Shown here piece after piece: positions 1-9,862 of a stretch of 64,000 nucleotides of DNA (its first letter is position 1; each line of letters begins with the position of its first letter). Both the position numbers and the translations under genes were made by a program. Source of the stretch: Mobula hypostoma (lineage: Eukaryota); contig NC_086109.1 in NCBI RefSeq assembly GCF_963921235.1, positions 3,288,001 through 3,352,000 of the forward strand, given 5' to 3'. The notes beneath the pieces are model-generated. The model searched no databases, was not told where the DNA came from, and saw nothing but the letters and a program-made list of their open reading frames with translations.

Positions 1-164
1 TATGAAAGGCATCAATCATGTGTACTATTTCCCAGGACAGCAGTGGCCTGCACCAGGTCACGTCCACCTAAGACGAGTGGAAGAAGTGGAGGGAAGTTGA
101 CATGAGATGTCAAAGGCAGGTGGATGCCTAGAACACACTGCTGACAGAGGCAGATACATTCAAA

Positions 165-370
165 GAACAGAGCAATATCTCAAAAGGCAGCATCCATTAT
201 TAAGGACCCAGGACATGCCCTCTTCTCATTGCTACCATCAGGTAGGAGGTACAGAAGCCTGAAGAGACACACTCAGTGATTCAGGAACAGCTTCTTCCCC
301 TCTGCCATCAGATTTCTGAATGGGCTTTGAACCCATAAACACTACCTCTCTACTTTTTTTGCACTATTTA
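165..370 (+). mobile_element. Rex1/Babar-type LINE 3' fragment
   Basis: AAAGGCAGCATCCATTATTAAGGACCC...CTACCATCAGGTAGGAGGTACAGAAGCCTGAAG matches the 3' end of the LINE at 2640-3510 and the copy at 35370-35550. Confidence 0.65.
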
Positions 371-435
371 ACAATGGGATTAGCATACAGGCATTATGTC
401 CGTACATTTCTATCATTATATGATGTTGCGTGATG

Positions 436-1200
436 GTACCTGCACCCCATCCTTCACCACGGATCCCCTCACCCCTCTTATCCCTCACACCCCTCATCCA
501 TCACCCCAAATCACAAATTCCTCACCCACAACCCTCAGTCTTCCCCTCTTACCCCTCACCCCTCTCTCCTCACCCCTCTTGCCTCAGTCTTCAACCCTCA
601 CCACTGAGGTTTCAAACCTCAACCCTTCATCCCTCACCCAAATCACAAATACCTCACCCTTCACCCCTCACCCATAACCCTCACTCCTTACCCTCACCCT
701 TCACCCCTCAGTGTTCAAACCTCACCCCTCATCCCTCAGAACTCACCCCTCACTCCTCAACCCTCTCCCCTCATTTGCAACCCTCACCCCTCAGTCTTCA
801 AATCTCAACCCTTCATCCCTCACCCAGAATCCTAAATACCTCAGCATTCACCCCTCACCTGCAACCCTCACTCCTTACCTCTCACCCCTCGACCCTCAGT
901 TTTCAAACCTCACCGCTCATCCCTCAGAACTCACCCCTCTCGCCTCAGTTTCAACCCTCACCACTGAGGTTTCAAACCTCAACCCTTCACCCCTCACCCA
1001 TAACCCTCACTCCTTACCTCTCACCCCTCGCCCCTCAGTTTTCAAACCTCACCGCTCATCCCTCAGAACTCAACCCTCTCCCCTCAGTCTTCAAACCTCA
1101 TCCTTCATCCCTTACCCCAAACCCCTCACCCCTCACTGTGCACCCTTCACTCCTTATCCCCCACCCCCTCATCACTCTGCACCTTTTACTCCTCACTTTC
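436..1200. repeat. Degenerate C-rich low-complexity tandem repeat (CCTCACC/CCCTCAC units) with internal block duplications
   Basis: Recurrent CCCTCACCCCTC; block 581-640 recurs at about 942-1000; source of the spurious Pro/His/Ser ORFs. Confidence 0.9.
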
Positions 1201-2109
1201 CACAACTGCCTTTCCCCCCATGGTAACTGTTTGGTCAGTCAGTCTGCTGGAGGAGGCAGGACACATGATAATGAAGTCCTGTAGGCCTGTGTCACACCCC
1301 TCTGCTCTCTGCCCCACTCCCCCCTCCCCACCCCGTGGCTGTCTGTGACCCAGCCTGCCTCCAGCTGTGCAGGCACCTTCGAAAAGAAGCAACATATCGA
1401 CCAAAGTCTCTCTGAAATAAATCGCCGAAGCTGCTTGTAATAAGCTCTGCCTAATTATGAAGTAAGAGCCATGGATACATGTGTAAGAGAATTGGAGCAG
1501 TGTGGATTGAAAGCGAGATTGGTTTCATTCTCATTTCGTATTAATGGAGCTGTTAGTTCTAATGTGCTGGCGTTGCAGATCTGACTGAAATTCAGGCTGC
1601 CACTAATGAATCCATTAAGTATTTTCTAATGTCCTCCCTTTCTAACTCTCATTACCCGGTGTTAATGCTCTTCAGTCAGCTCCCAGCTGTACTCCTCCAC
1701 TCCAGCATCAGAATTTGCCGTAACGCTGCTGCTGCTGTGTGCCCTGGAGAAGAGGCAGTTAGCAATTAGGAAGGTAAATGGTGTGTTGGCTTTTATAGCA
1801 GGACGATTTGAGAACAGGAGTGAAGATGCGGTGCAGCAGTTTTGTTGGGTCCTGTTGAGAGCACCACCTGGAAGACTGTGTGCATGTCAAAGGAGGGATG
1901 CATTTGCAGTTGGGGGAGTGTGGCAGAGGGTCACAGATTGACTGTGTTCTCTCAGGGTTGTGTGGAACTCTCTGAAAACGATAAATGTTTAGTGGTCAGG
2001 AGTGGTCTATCCTACAACTTGTGCCTGCTTCCCCAGTAACATCCTGGCTGCTGTCTTACCTCAGTTACATTTCCGACAATAATCCCAAATCCCTCGCACC
2101 CAACACAAA

Positions 2110-2375
2110 AAGGGGCATAGTTTTAAGGTGCTTGGAAGTAGGTACAGAGGAGATGTCAGGGGAAAGTTTTTTACGCAGAGTGGTGAGTGCGTGGAATGGG
2201 CTGCCAGCGACTGTTGTGGAGGCGGATACGATAGGGTCTTTTAAAAGGCTCCTGGATAGGTACTTGGAGCTTAGAAAAATAGAGGGCTATGGGTAACCCC
2301 AGGTAATTTCTAAAGTAAGTACATGTTCAGCACAGCATTGTGGGCTGAAGGGCCTGTGCTGTAGGTTTTCTATAT
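2110..2375 (+). mobile_element. CR1 LINE 3' end fragment
   Basis: Translation ...FLRRVVSAWNGLPATVVEADTIGSFKRLLDRYL, a typical CR1 ORF2 C-terminus, followed by the GGGCTGAAGGGCCTGTG 3' UTR and TTCTAT-type tail. Confidence 0.85.
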
Positions 2376-2384
2376 TTCTGTTTC

Positions 2385-2475
2385 TAAAATGCTGGAGGAA
2401 CTCAGCAGGTTAGGCAGCATCTATGGAAAAGAGTAAACAGTCAACATTTCAAGCCAAGACCCTTCTCCAGAACTC
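2385..2475 (-). mobile_element. Penelope-derived terminal repeat fragment with degenerate hammerhead motif
   Basis: GCTGGAGGAACTCAGCAGGTTAGGCAGCATCT...CAGTCAACATTTC, homologous to the Penelope termini at 13320 and 16620-16720. Confidence 0.7.
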
Positions 2476-2639
2476 AGTGAGCATCTGAATCAGGTTTATT
2501 ATCACTGTCTTCGTACATGACGTGAAATTTGATGTTCTGCTGCAGCAGGTACAGTGCAATTCCTTTGCATCCAAAACTACATCACTTTCCTTTCACGTCA
2601 CATGCCGGTGATAATAAACCTGATTCTGATTTCTGATTC

Positions 2640-3510
2640 TGTGTGGCTAAGTACAGCTCCAACACATTTGCTGATGACATGATTGCTGCGGGCCGTATCA
2701 AAGGGCACGATGAATCAGCACAGAGGAGGGAAGTTGAAAAATTGTCTGAGTGGTGTAATAACAACAACCTCTCACTCAATGCCAACAAGACCATGAAACT
2801 GATTGTACATTTCAGGAGAGGGAAACCACAGGTCCATGAGACAGTAATCGTTGGAGGATCAGAGATGGGGAGGGTCAGTAACTTTAAATTCCTGGGGGTC
2901 ACTAACCCGGAGGACTTGTCCTATAATTGCGAAGAAAGTGCGACAGCACCTCTACTTCCTCCGGAGTCTGCGGAGGTTCTGCATGTCATCGAAAACCTTG
3001 GCGAGCTTCTATAGATGTGTGGTGGAAGGTGTGCTGACTGGCTGCATTACCTCCCGGTATGGGAACACCAATGCTCTTGAGTGGAAAATCTTACAAAAGG
3101 CAGTGGATTCGGGCCAGTAAATCATGGGTAAAACTTTCCCAACCATTGAGCACATCTAGCTGTAGGAAAGCAGCATCCATCATCAGAGATGCTCACCACC
3201 CAGGCCAGGCTCTTTTCTCACTGCTGCCATCAGGTAGAAGGTACAAGTGACTCAGGACTCACACCAGCAGTTACTGCCCCTCAACCATCAGGCTCCTGAA
3301 CAAGAAGGGGTAACTACACTCATCTAAGGACCCTTTATCCTGTTACTTCATGCTCGTTATTTATTGCTATTTATTTATGTCTGCATTTGCACAGTTTGTT
3401 GCTCATTGATCCTGTTTACGGTTACCGTTCTAGAGATTTGCTAAGTACGCCCGCAGAAAAAGAACCTCAGAGTTGTATGTGGTGATATGTATGCGGTCTG
3501 ATAATAAATT
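2640..3510 (+). mobile_element. Rex1/Babar-type LINE, 5'-truncated and frameshifted RT/C-terminal region
   Basis: FADD catalytic motif, LSEWCNNNNLSLNANKTMKLIVHFRR, FKFLGV, QHLYFLRSLRRF, FYRCVVEGVLTGCITS; 3' tail interrupted by the HERO element. Confidence 0.85.
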
Positions 3511-3687
3511 TTACACAGCTTACACCCCGAGTTCATCAGTGACAACCAGGAAAGACTGGGTGACAACCGCGAAAAGAGTGGTGACGACTGGAGAGTCCGT
3601 GACAGCCCGGAGAGACGGCAACCAGGGCAGAACGGGCTGGCAACCCAATCCGTGTCCTCTGAGAGGAGGACCCCCACAAAAGCTACG

Positions 3688-6269
3688 ATGAATCTAAGGG
3701 AAAGACACCCGCAGGGGTGCCCGAGAGGTGGGGGGGGTGAGAATGAGCACCCCAGTCAGATGGACACAACAGCATCAGACCCAGGCAATGAACAAACGAC
3801 TGTGAGGAAGCAGTGTGCATGTGGCAAAATCTGCAAGAACAATCACGGCTTGAAGATCCACCAAGCGAGGATGAAGTGTTTGGCGGGAGCAGGAGCAGCA
3901 CAACGCGCAGGTGTCCAACCTGGTGAGACGAAGGAGGGGCCAGGCCCGGAGTCACCCCATAGTGCCCGGAATCTCCAAGTGTTGCAAACTAATCCCTCTA
4001 ACATCAAGTCTAACAGGAGGTGGATCAAATGGCCTGCAGCTAACATGACTTCACTGTGGAAGCAGTTTGATGAAGGTGTCAACCAAATTCTGGAAACAAC
4101 AGAGAAGGGAGGGGTCGATAGGAGGCTACAAGCCATGACAACAATCATTGTCAGCATCGCAGCTGAACGGTTAAGAGAAGAAAAGAAAAAAGGCTCCAAA
4201 ACCCCTTACTCGAAGAACAAAGAGCATTGAGGATTCACAACATCAGGCAGGAGATGAAAGCGCTGAAGTCCCAATAGAAGGAGGCAGGAGAAGAGGAGTG
4301 CATTGGCTTGGCCCAGCTGATGTGCAGACTACGAAAGAAGATCAGGGTCCTCCGCCGGGCAGAGTGGCATCGGAGGCGGCGTCGTGAAAGGGCTCGGAAA
4401 CGTGCTGCCTTTATCGCCAACCCCTTCAAGTTCACCAAGGAGTTGCTGGGGGAGAAGCGCAGTGGGAAACTGGCCTGTTCGCAGGAAGACATAGACCAAC
4501 ATCTGAAGAAGATATGTAAGGCTCCTGAAAGACAGCAGGAGTTGGGAGAGTGCAACATCCTAATAGACCCACCTGAACCGGATGTGCAGTTCGACATGTC
4601 AGAGCTGCAACTAAAGGAAGTCAGAGAGGTCGTCCGCAAAGCAAGGGCAAGCTCGGCTCCAGGACCAAGCAACACCTCGTACAAAGTGTACAAGAACTGC
4701 CCCAAACTCCTGCTGCGTTTGTGGAAGTTCCTGAGAATCTTCTGGAGAAGGGGGAAGATCCCAGAACAGTGCAGAGTAGCTGAAGGGGTGTGGATCCCGA
4801 AGGAGGAAAATGCCACCCAGATAGACCAGTTTCACATCATCTCCCTGCTGTGTGTCGAGGCGAAGATCTGCTTCAGTACTGAGTTGGATGGCTGGCTGAA
4901 ATCTGTGGACAAGTCTAGCCTATCTGGGAAGTTTAAAGCCTGGGTGTTTCAGCATGGCATTCTTCCCAGAATCCTGTGGCCCCTCCTCGTCTATGCAGTT
5001 CCAATCTCGACAGTCGAAACCTCAGAGAGGAGGGTTAGCAACCACCTCAGGAGATGGCTGGGGCTGCCAAAGAGCCTGAGCAGCATCGCACTCTATGGAC
5101 ACCACAACAAACTGCAACTGCCCTTCAAATCCTTGGAGGAAGAATTCAAGGTAACAAGAGCCAGAGAAGTGCTACAGTATAGGAACTCAAGTGATCTGAA
5201 GGTGGCTAAAACAGGGATCCAAGTAAGTACTGGCAGGAAGTGGAGGGCAGAGGAAGCTGTTCAGGAGGCAGAGGCGAGTCTGCGTCACAGGAGGCTGGTG
5301 GGAATGGTCACACGAGGCCGAGCTGGGCTAGGATCCTTTCCAACTCCCCAAATGGACACCAGAGGGAAGGAAAGGCGTCGTCTAGTTCAGGAGGAGGTGA
5401 GAGCAGTAGTGGAGGAGATGAGAGCCTGCAAGGCGGTGGGAATGAAGCAACAGGGAGCTTGGACAAGATGGGAGAATGCGGTTGAGAGGAAGGTGACCTG
5501 GGCTGAGCTTTGGAAAGCTGAACCACTCCGCATCCAATTTCTCATCCAGGCAGTGTACGATGTGCTTCCAAGCCCATCAAACCTGCACACATGGGGCAAG
5601 GCAGAGTCATCTGCGTGCCCACTGTGCTCCAAGTGAGGAACCCTGGAGCACATCCTCAGCGGCTGCGCAAGGGCACTTGGTGAGGGACGGTACAGGTGGA
5701 GGCATGATCAGGTCCTGAAGACCATCGCTGAAGCCGTCAGTGCAGGAGTTGAGTGGGCGAAGCGGTCCCGACCCTCCAAGCAGACCATTGCCTTTGTCAG
5801 AGCTGGGGAGCAGCCAATACCTGCCAAAAGAACATCTGCAGGCATTCTGACCTCTGCAAGGGACTGGCAGCTGTTGGTGGATCTCGAACAGCAGCTGAAG
5901 TTCCCCAACCATATCGCAGCCACCACCCTGCGACTAGACATTGTCCTAGTGTCTGAGTCTACTAAGCAAGTGGTGCTGCTGGAGCTGACAGTCCCATGGG
6001 AAGATAGCTTGGAAGAGGCCTTTGAAGGGAAGCTCTCCAAGTACGCAGGACTGGTCAGCAACTGTCAGCAGGCTGGATGGAGAGCAAGGTGTCTCCCAGT
6101 GGAGGTTGGTTGTAGGGGATTCGTAGCTCATTCCTTAGTTAGAGCCTTCAGCAATTTGGGCATCGAGGGAGAGAGGAAGAGGAGAGCCATCCGCAGTACC
6201 ACCGATGCGGCAGAGAGGGCCTCAAGATGGCTGTGGCTCAAAAGAGGGGAGCCATGGAGTCATAAGTAG
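3688..6269 (+). pseudogene. Disrupted HERO ORF (Zn finger - partial RT - CCHC - RLE endonuclease)
   Basis: ATG at 3688; frameshift near 4220-4230; in-frame stops at about 4275 and 5634-5636; sequence jumps from early RT (ISLLCVEAKICFS) to post-RT region (TELDGWLKSVDKSSLSGKFKAW) at about 4876, with no QG or xxDD motif. Confidence 0.85.
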
Positions 6270-6276
6270 CTAGCCA

Positions 6277-6394
6277 TCTGGACACAAGCTGGGGTCTGAT
6301 CAGCCCCAGCTGGGTCACCTGGAGGAGGGTGTATGATGTTGAAAGACCTGAAACACCCGATGATTCCAGGAACATCACTGAAGATGTGTCCAGA
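6277..6394 (+). ncRNA. Structured 3' UTR RNA; candidate permuted, pseudoknotted hammerhead ribozyme
   Basis: Six complementary helices plus CUGAAGA (6378-6384), GAAA (6350-6353) and GUA (6331-6333) in hammerhead register; see findings. Confidence 0.6.
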
Positions 6395-6429
6395 GGCATC
6401 AGTAGATGTATGTACACAGTTGAACTTTG

Positions 6430-6850
6430 AGCAGAATAATGCAATACGTGATAATAGAGAGAAAAAAAGAAAATTTTGATTTACAGGAAGGATATATTAA
6501 ATGGTTAAATTAAATAAGTAGTGCAAAAATAGCCAACAACAAAAGTAGTGAGGCAGTGTTCATGGGTTCAATGCCCATTCAGAAATTAGATGGCAGAGGG
6601 GAAAAAGCTGTTCCTGAATCACTGAGTGTGTGCCTTTAGGCTCCTGTACCTCCTTCCTGATGGTAACAATGAGAAGAAGGTCTGACCTGGGTGATGTTGG
6701 TCTTTAAAGATGGACACTACCTTTTAGAGGCACCGCTGCTTGAGGATGTCTTGGATGCCGTGGAGGCTAGTCCCCATGATGGAGCTGACTAATTTTACAA
6801 CTCTCTGCAGCTTATTTTGATCCTGTGCAGCAGCTCCCACCCCACTATAC
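6430..6850 (-). mobile_element. Rex1/Babar-type LINE 3' fragment
   Basis: Reverse complement of the 3' region seen at 165-370 and 35370-35720. Confidence 0.7.
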
Positions 6851-7329
6851 CGTACGGCATACGGTGAAGCAAAGACATATGGGTTAGTAGGTTAATTCCT
6901 GACATGGGTGTAACCGGGCAGTGGGGTCTCACTGGCCAGAAGAGCCTGTGACTGTACCATATCTCTAAATAAAACATATAAGAAAAATAAAAATCCTTGC
7001 TTCACTAAAGGGTTTGGCATACAAGCATTACCCAGCTAACAGACAAGAATAAATTAACATCAGTAAATACTGTCATTAACAGAATGCTTCAACAATCATT
7101 GTTAATTTAACCATGACTGCTAATTCAACCCGCTCGACATTGTTCAAGCTAGGTTCCTCACTTATGTAATCAGCTTTTTCTGTTTATGCAAAAATATTCA
7201 AAATGTGTTGGATTTGATCACAAGTCTTTGTTATTGTTTTATGGTTGGTATGAATGTCAGGTATCTGCCATATCTCTATGAAGCTAATATTATTTCCATG
7301 TGAGGAATCAAAACTGCATTATGAACTGT

Positions 7330-8760
7330 CAAACTCATGGGAACAGGCCCTTCAGCCCATAATGCTGGAACTGACCATGCTAATTCTAACCAGTCCCATC
7401 TACCTACACATGGTCCAGATCTGCCACTCCCGGCCTGTTCATGTGTCTGTTCAAAGGCCTCTTAAGCGGTCATATCCATCTCCCCCACTTCTTCTGACAG
7501 TGTGTTTCAGACACCTACCAAAAAACCTGGCTCATAAATCTCCCAGAAATTTTCTTCCATTTGCCTGTAAACTTTTTACATTTCCACTGGCAAACACCAT
7601 TTTTACCCTTTCCATGTCTCCCATTTTTATGATCTTCTATCGTTCTCCCCTCAGCCTCCACACTCCAGCAAAAACAACCCAAGTTAGTCCAACCTCTCCT
7701 TATAGTTATTCTCTTGAATCTGAGCAACGTCCTGGCAAACTTCTCCTGCAGCCCCTCCAAAGCCTCCACATCCTCCATATAAAGAGCAACTTCTTATAAA
7801 CGTGCAATACTCCAAATGTTATACAGCTGAAACCTGTCTTCCCAAACTTCATGCCTAATGCCCCATCCAATGAAGGCAAGTATACCATGTGCCTTTTTTT
7901 TAACCTTCCTATGTTTTGTAGGGTGGCAGGGTGGAGATACACCTCTACCAAAAGAAGTGTAAGGTGCTCCTTCCCTCCACTAGCCTGCATCACCCTCGGG
8001 CAAGGTGTAGCACCTGTTTAGCCCCCCGATCAGGGTCACATGAAGCCATGGGAGCAGGTGGTGGATGTTCGTACGAGCAGCTGGTGCAGATCACAAGTTC
8101 TGGTTATGAGATCACTGACGCCAGGCAGACAATCTCTGGTAGCGGCTGGGGTCACCCAGTTTGTAATGCCACTGCCCAGAAGAAGGCAATGGCGAAGCAC
8201 TTCTGTTGAAAAATTTGGCAAGAACAATCATTGTCATTGAAAGACCATGATCACCTGCCATGCAACATGGTTCATAACTAACAAACAATTGAGTCGCCAC
8301 TTTCAAAGGGTGTTAGACCCGCACACCAACATCCCTCTGCACATTAGTGCTCCTAAGGTCCTGAGTACTTTCTTCTTGCATTTCACTTGCAAAAGTGCAA
8401 AACCAGACACTTGTTCACATTAAATTCTACCTGCCACTTTTCCAACGGGTCTATATCTCGCTGTATCCTTTGGCAACCCTTCTTCACTGTCCACAGATCT
8501 GCCAGTCTTCATGCAAAGTTGCCAATCAGTCTATCATTTTTGTCCAACTAATTTGTTTATTTATGACAGGTAACAGATATCCCACTACCAATCCTTCCCC
8601 TATACGCTGGTCACAGACCTCCAGTCAAAACAATGCCTTTCCACTAGAATGGCCAAGAGAATTTTGGATTTAGTTTACCAAGTCTCCACTGATCCCATGC
8701 TTCAGCTCTGTCATCTAGCTCGCCACTCAAAAATCTCAACCAGGTTTGTGACACGTGACT
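7330..8760 (-). mobile_element. Degenerate CR1 LINE fragment interrupted by the SINE at 7921-8285
   Basis: Minus-strand EDVEALEGLQEKFARTLLRF...RRGWTNLG and KKRHMVYLPSL resemble CR1 ORF2; CR1-like sequence resumes after 8290. Confidence 0.65.
7921..8285 (+). mobile_element. RTE-related SINE/non-autonomous element (family A, 4 copies in window)
   Basis: Head GGGTGGCAGGGTGGAGATAC; GAAGGCAATGGC(A)AA(C)CACT motif as in BovA/RTE-derived SINE domains; homologous copies at 23700, 36896 and 40355. Confidence 0.75.
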
Positions 8761-8779
8761 TCTCCAACCCAAACAGAGC

Positions 8780-9060
8780 AATATAGTGGTGTAGCAGCAA
8801 GCGCAAGGCCTTACAGCGTGCCAGCTGTGAGGCTGCGGTTCGATTCCTGCTGTTGTCAGCCAGGAGTTTGTGCGTTCTCCCTGTGACTTTATGGATTTCC
8901 TCCAGGTGCTCTGGTTTCCTTCTGCTTTCACAAGACCTATAGTCAGGGTTCGTGAGTTGTGGGCATGCTACATTGGCACCAGGAGCAAGTCAACACTTGC
9001 TGAGTGCCCAGAGCAATTCTCACTGACTCGATTTGATGCAAAATGACATATTTTGTTGTT
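8780..9060 (+). mobile_element. tRNA-derived V-SINE (HE1-like)
   Basis: A-box-like TGGTGTAGCAG, B box GGTTCGATTCC, V-domain GGAGTTTGTGCGTTCTCCCTGTGAC...GGTGCTCTGGTTTCCT. Confidence 0.8.
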
Positions 9061-9068
9061 TCAATGAA

Positions 9069-9137
9069 CAGTACTGTGCAAAAGTCTTAAGCACATATAT
9101 ATAGAGCTAGGGTGTCTAAGACTTTTGCACAGCACTG
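9069..9137. mobile_element. TIR-only Tc1/mariner-type mini-MITE
   Basis: CAGTACTGTGCAAAAGTCTTAAGCAC ... GTGTCTAAGACTTTTGCACAGCACTG inverted repeat followed by TA. Confidence 0.75.
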
Positions 9138-9530
9138 TAGTAATTTCATGTATTACATTGTACTGCTGCCGCAGAAAAAAACAAATTTCATGATATATGT
9201 GAGAGATGATAAACCTGATCTAATATGGGTCTCTATTATGAACTGAGAGTGGGAGAGGGGCAGGGTGAAGGGAATCCTGGTTGGGAAAGGAGGAAAGGAG
9301 GGGAAGAGAGCAGAGAGCACCTGAGAGACATTCAGTAATGATCAATAAACCAATTGTTTGGAACCAAAGGACCTTGCCTGGTGTCTGCACCCATACCTCT
9401 CCCACCCCTTGGCACCCCTTCTTGGCCACCTGTCCCACACCCGACATGCGGCAATCCATCCTCGCCATTCTCAGCAATCTTGTGTCCCACCAGATTTATA
9501 CACTCACTCTCCGCTCCACGCTGACAAATA

Positions 9531-9587
9531 CAGAACTGTCCAAAAGTTTTAGGCACCTTATGTGCCCAAGACTTTTGCACAGTATTG
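9531..9587. mobile_element. Second TIR-only Tc1/mariner-type mini-MITE
   Basis: TA-CAGAACTGTCCAAAAGTTTTAGGCAC ... GTGCCCAAGACTTTTGCACAGTATTG-TA. Confidence 0.75.
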
Positions 9588-9604
9588 TAGATGTGAAAAA
9601 TTAA

Positions 9605-9862
9605 GGCATCTGTTAGTCTTGTGAGACCATAGATCTGCACCTGGAAAGTCTTCACTCTCCGGGGCACAGGCCTGGGCAAGGTTGTATGGAAGACCAGCAG
9701 TTGCCCATGCTGCAAGTCTCTCCTCTCCACGACACCGATGTTGTCCAAGGGAAGGGCATTAGGACCCATACAGCTTGGCACCAGTGTCGTCACAGAGCAA
9801 TGTGTGGTTAAGTGCCTTGCTCAAGGACACAACACGCTGCCTCAGCTGGGGCTCGAACTCAA
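9605..9862 (-). mobile_element. tRNA-headed SINE with CORE-like segment and RTE-type tail
   Basis: Minus strand: B box GAGTTCGAGCC, GTGTCCTTGAGCAAGGCACTTAACC, then about 200 nt homologous to 58980-59162. Confidence 0.7.

Larger units (their letters stand above)
3512..6419 (+). mobile_element. HERO-clade (RLE-type) non-LTR retrotransposon, internally deleted
   Basis: Single-ORF architecture: N-terminal Zn finger CACGKICKNNHGLKIHQARMKC; RT region 0/1 SAPGPSNTSYKVYKNCP and WIPKEEN...QFHIISLL; CCHC knuckle CPLC...LEHILSGC; RYRWRHDQVL; restriction-like endonuclease LRLDIVL...LLELTVPWE...KLSKY; flanked by TACACAG at 3512-3518 and 6413-6419. Confidence 0.88.

Noticed and set aside
430..1284. 284-aa Pro/Ser/His-rich ORF and overlapping ORFs
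   Set aside because: Translation of a C-rich low-complexity repeat that is open in several frames
6341..6394. Canonical type II or III hammerhead using UGUGUC after CUGAAGA as stem II
   Set aside because: UGUGUC does not pair in register with GACCU; it pairs perfectly with 6277-6286 instead, hence the permuted model
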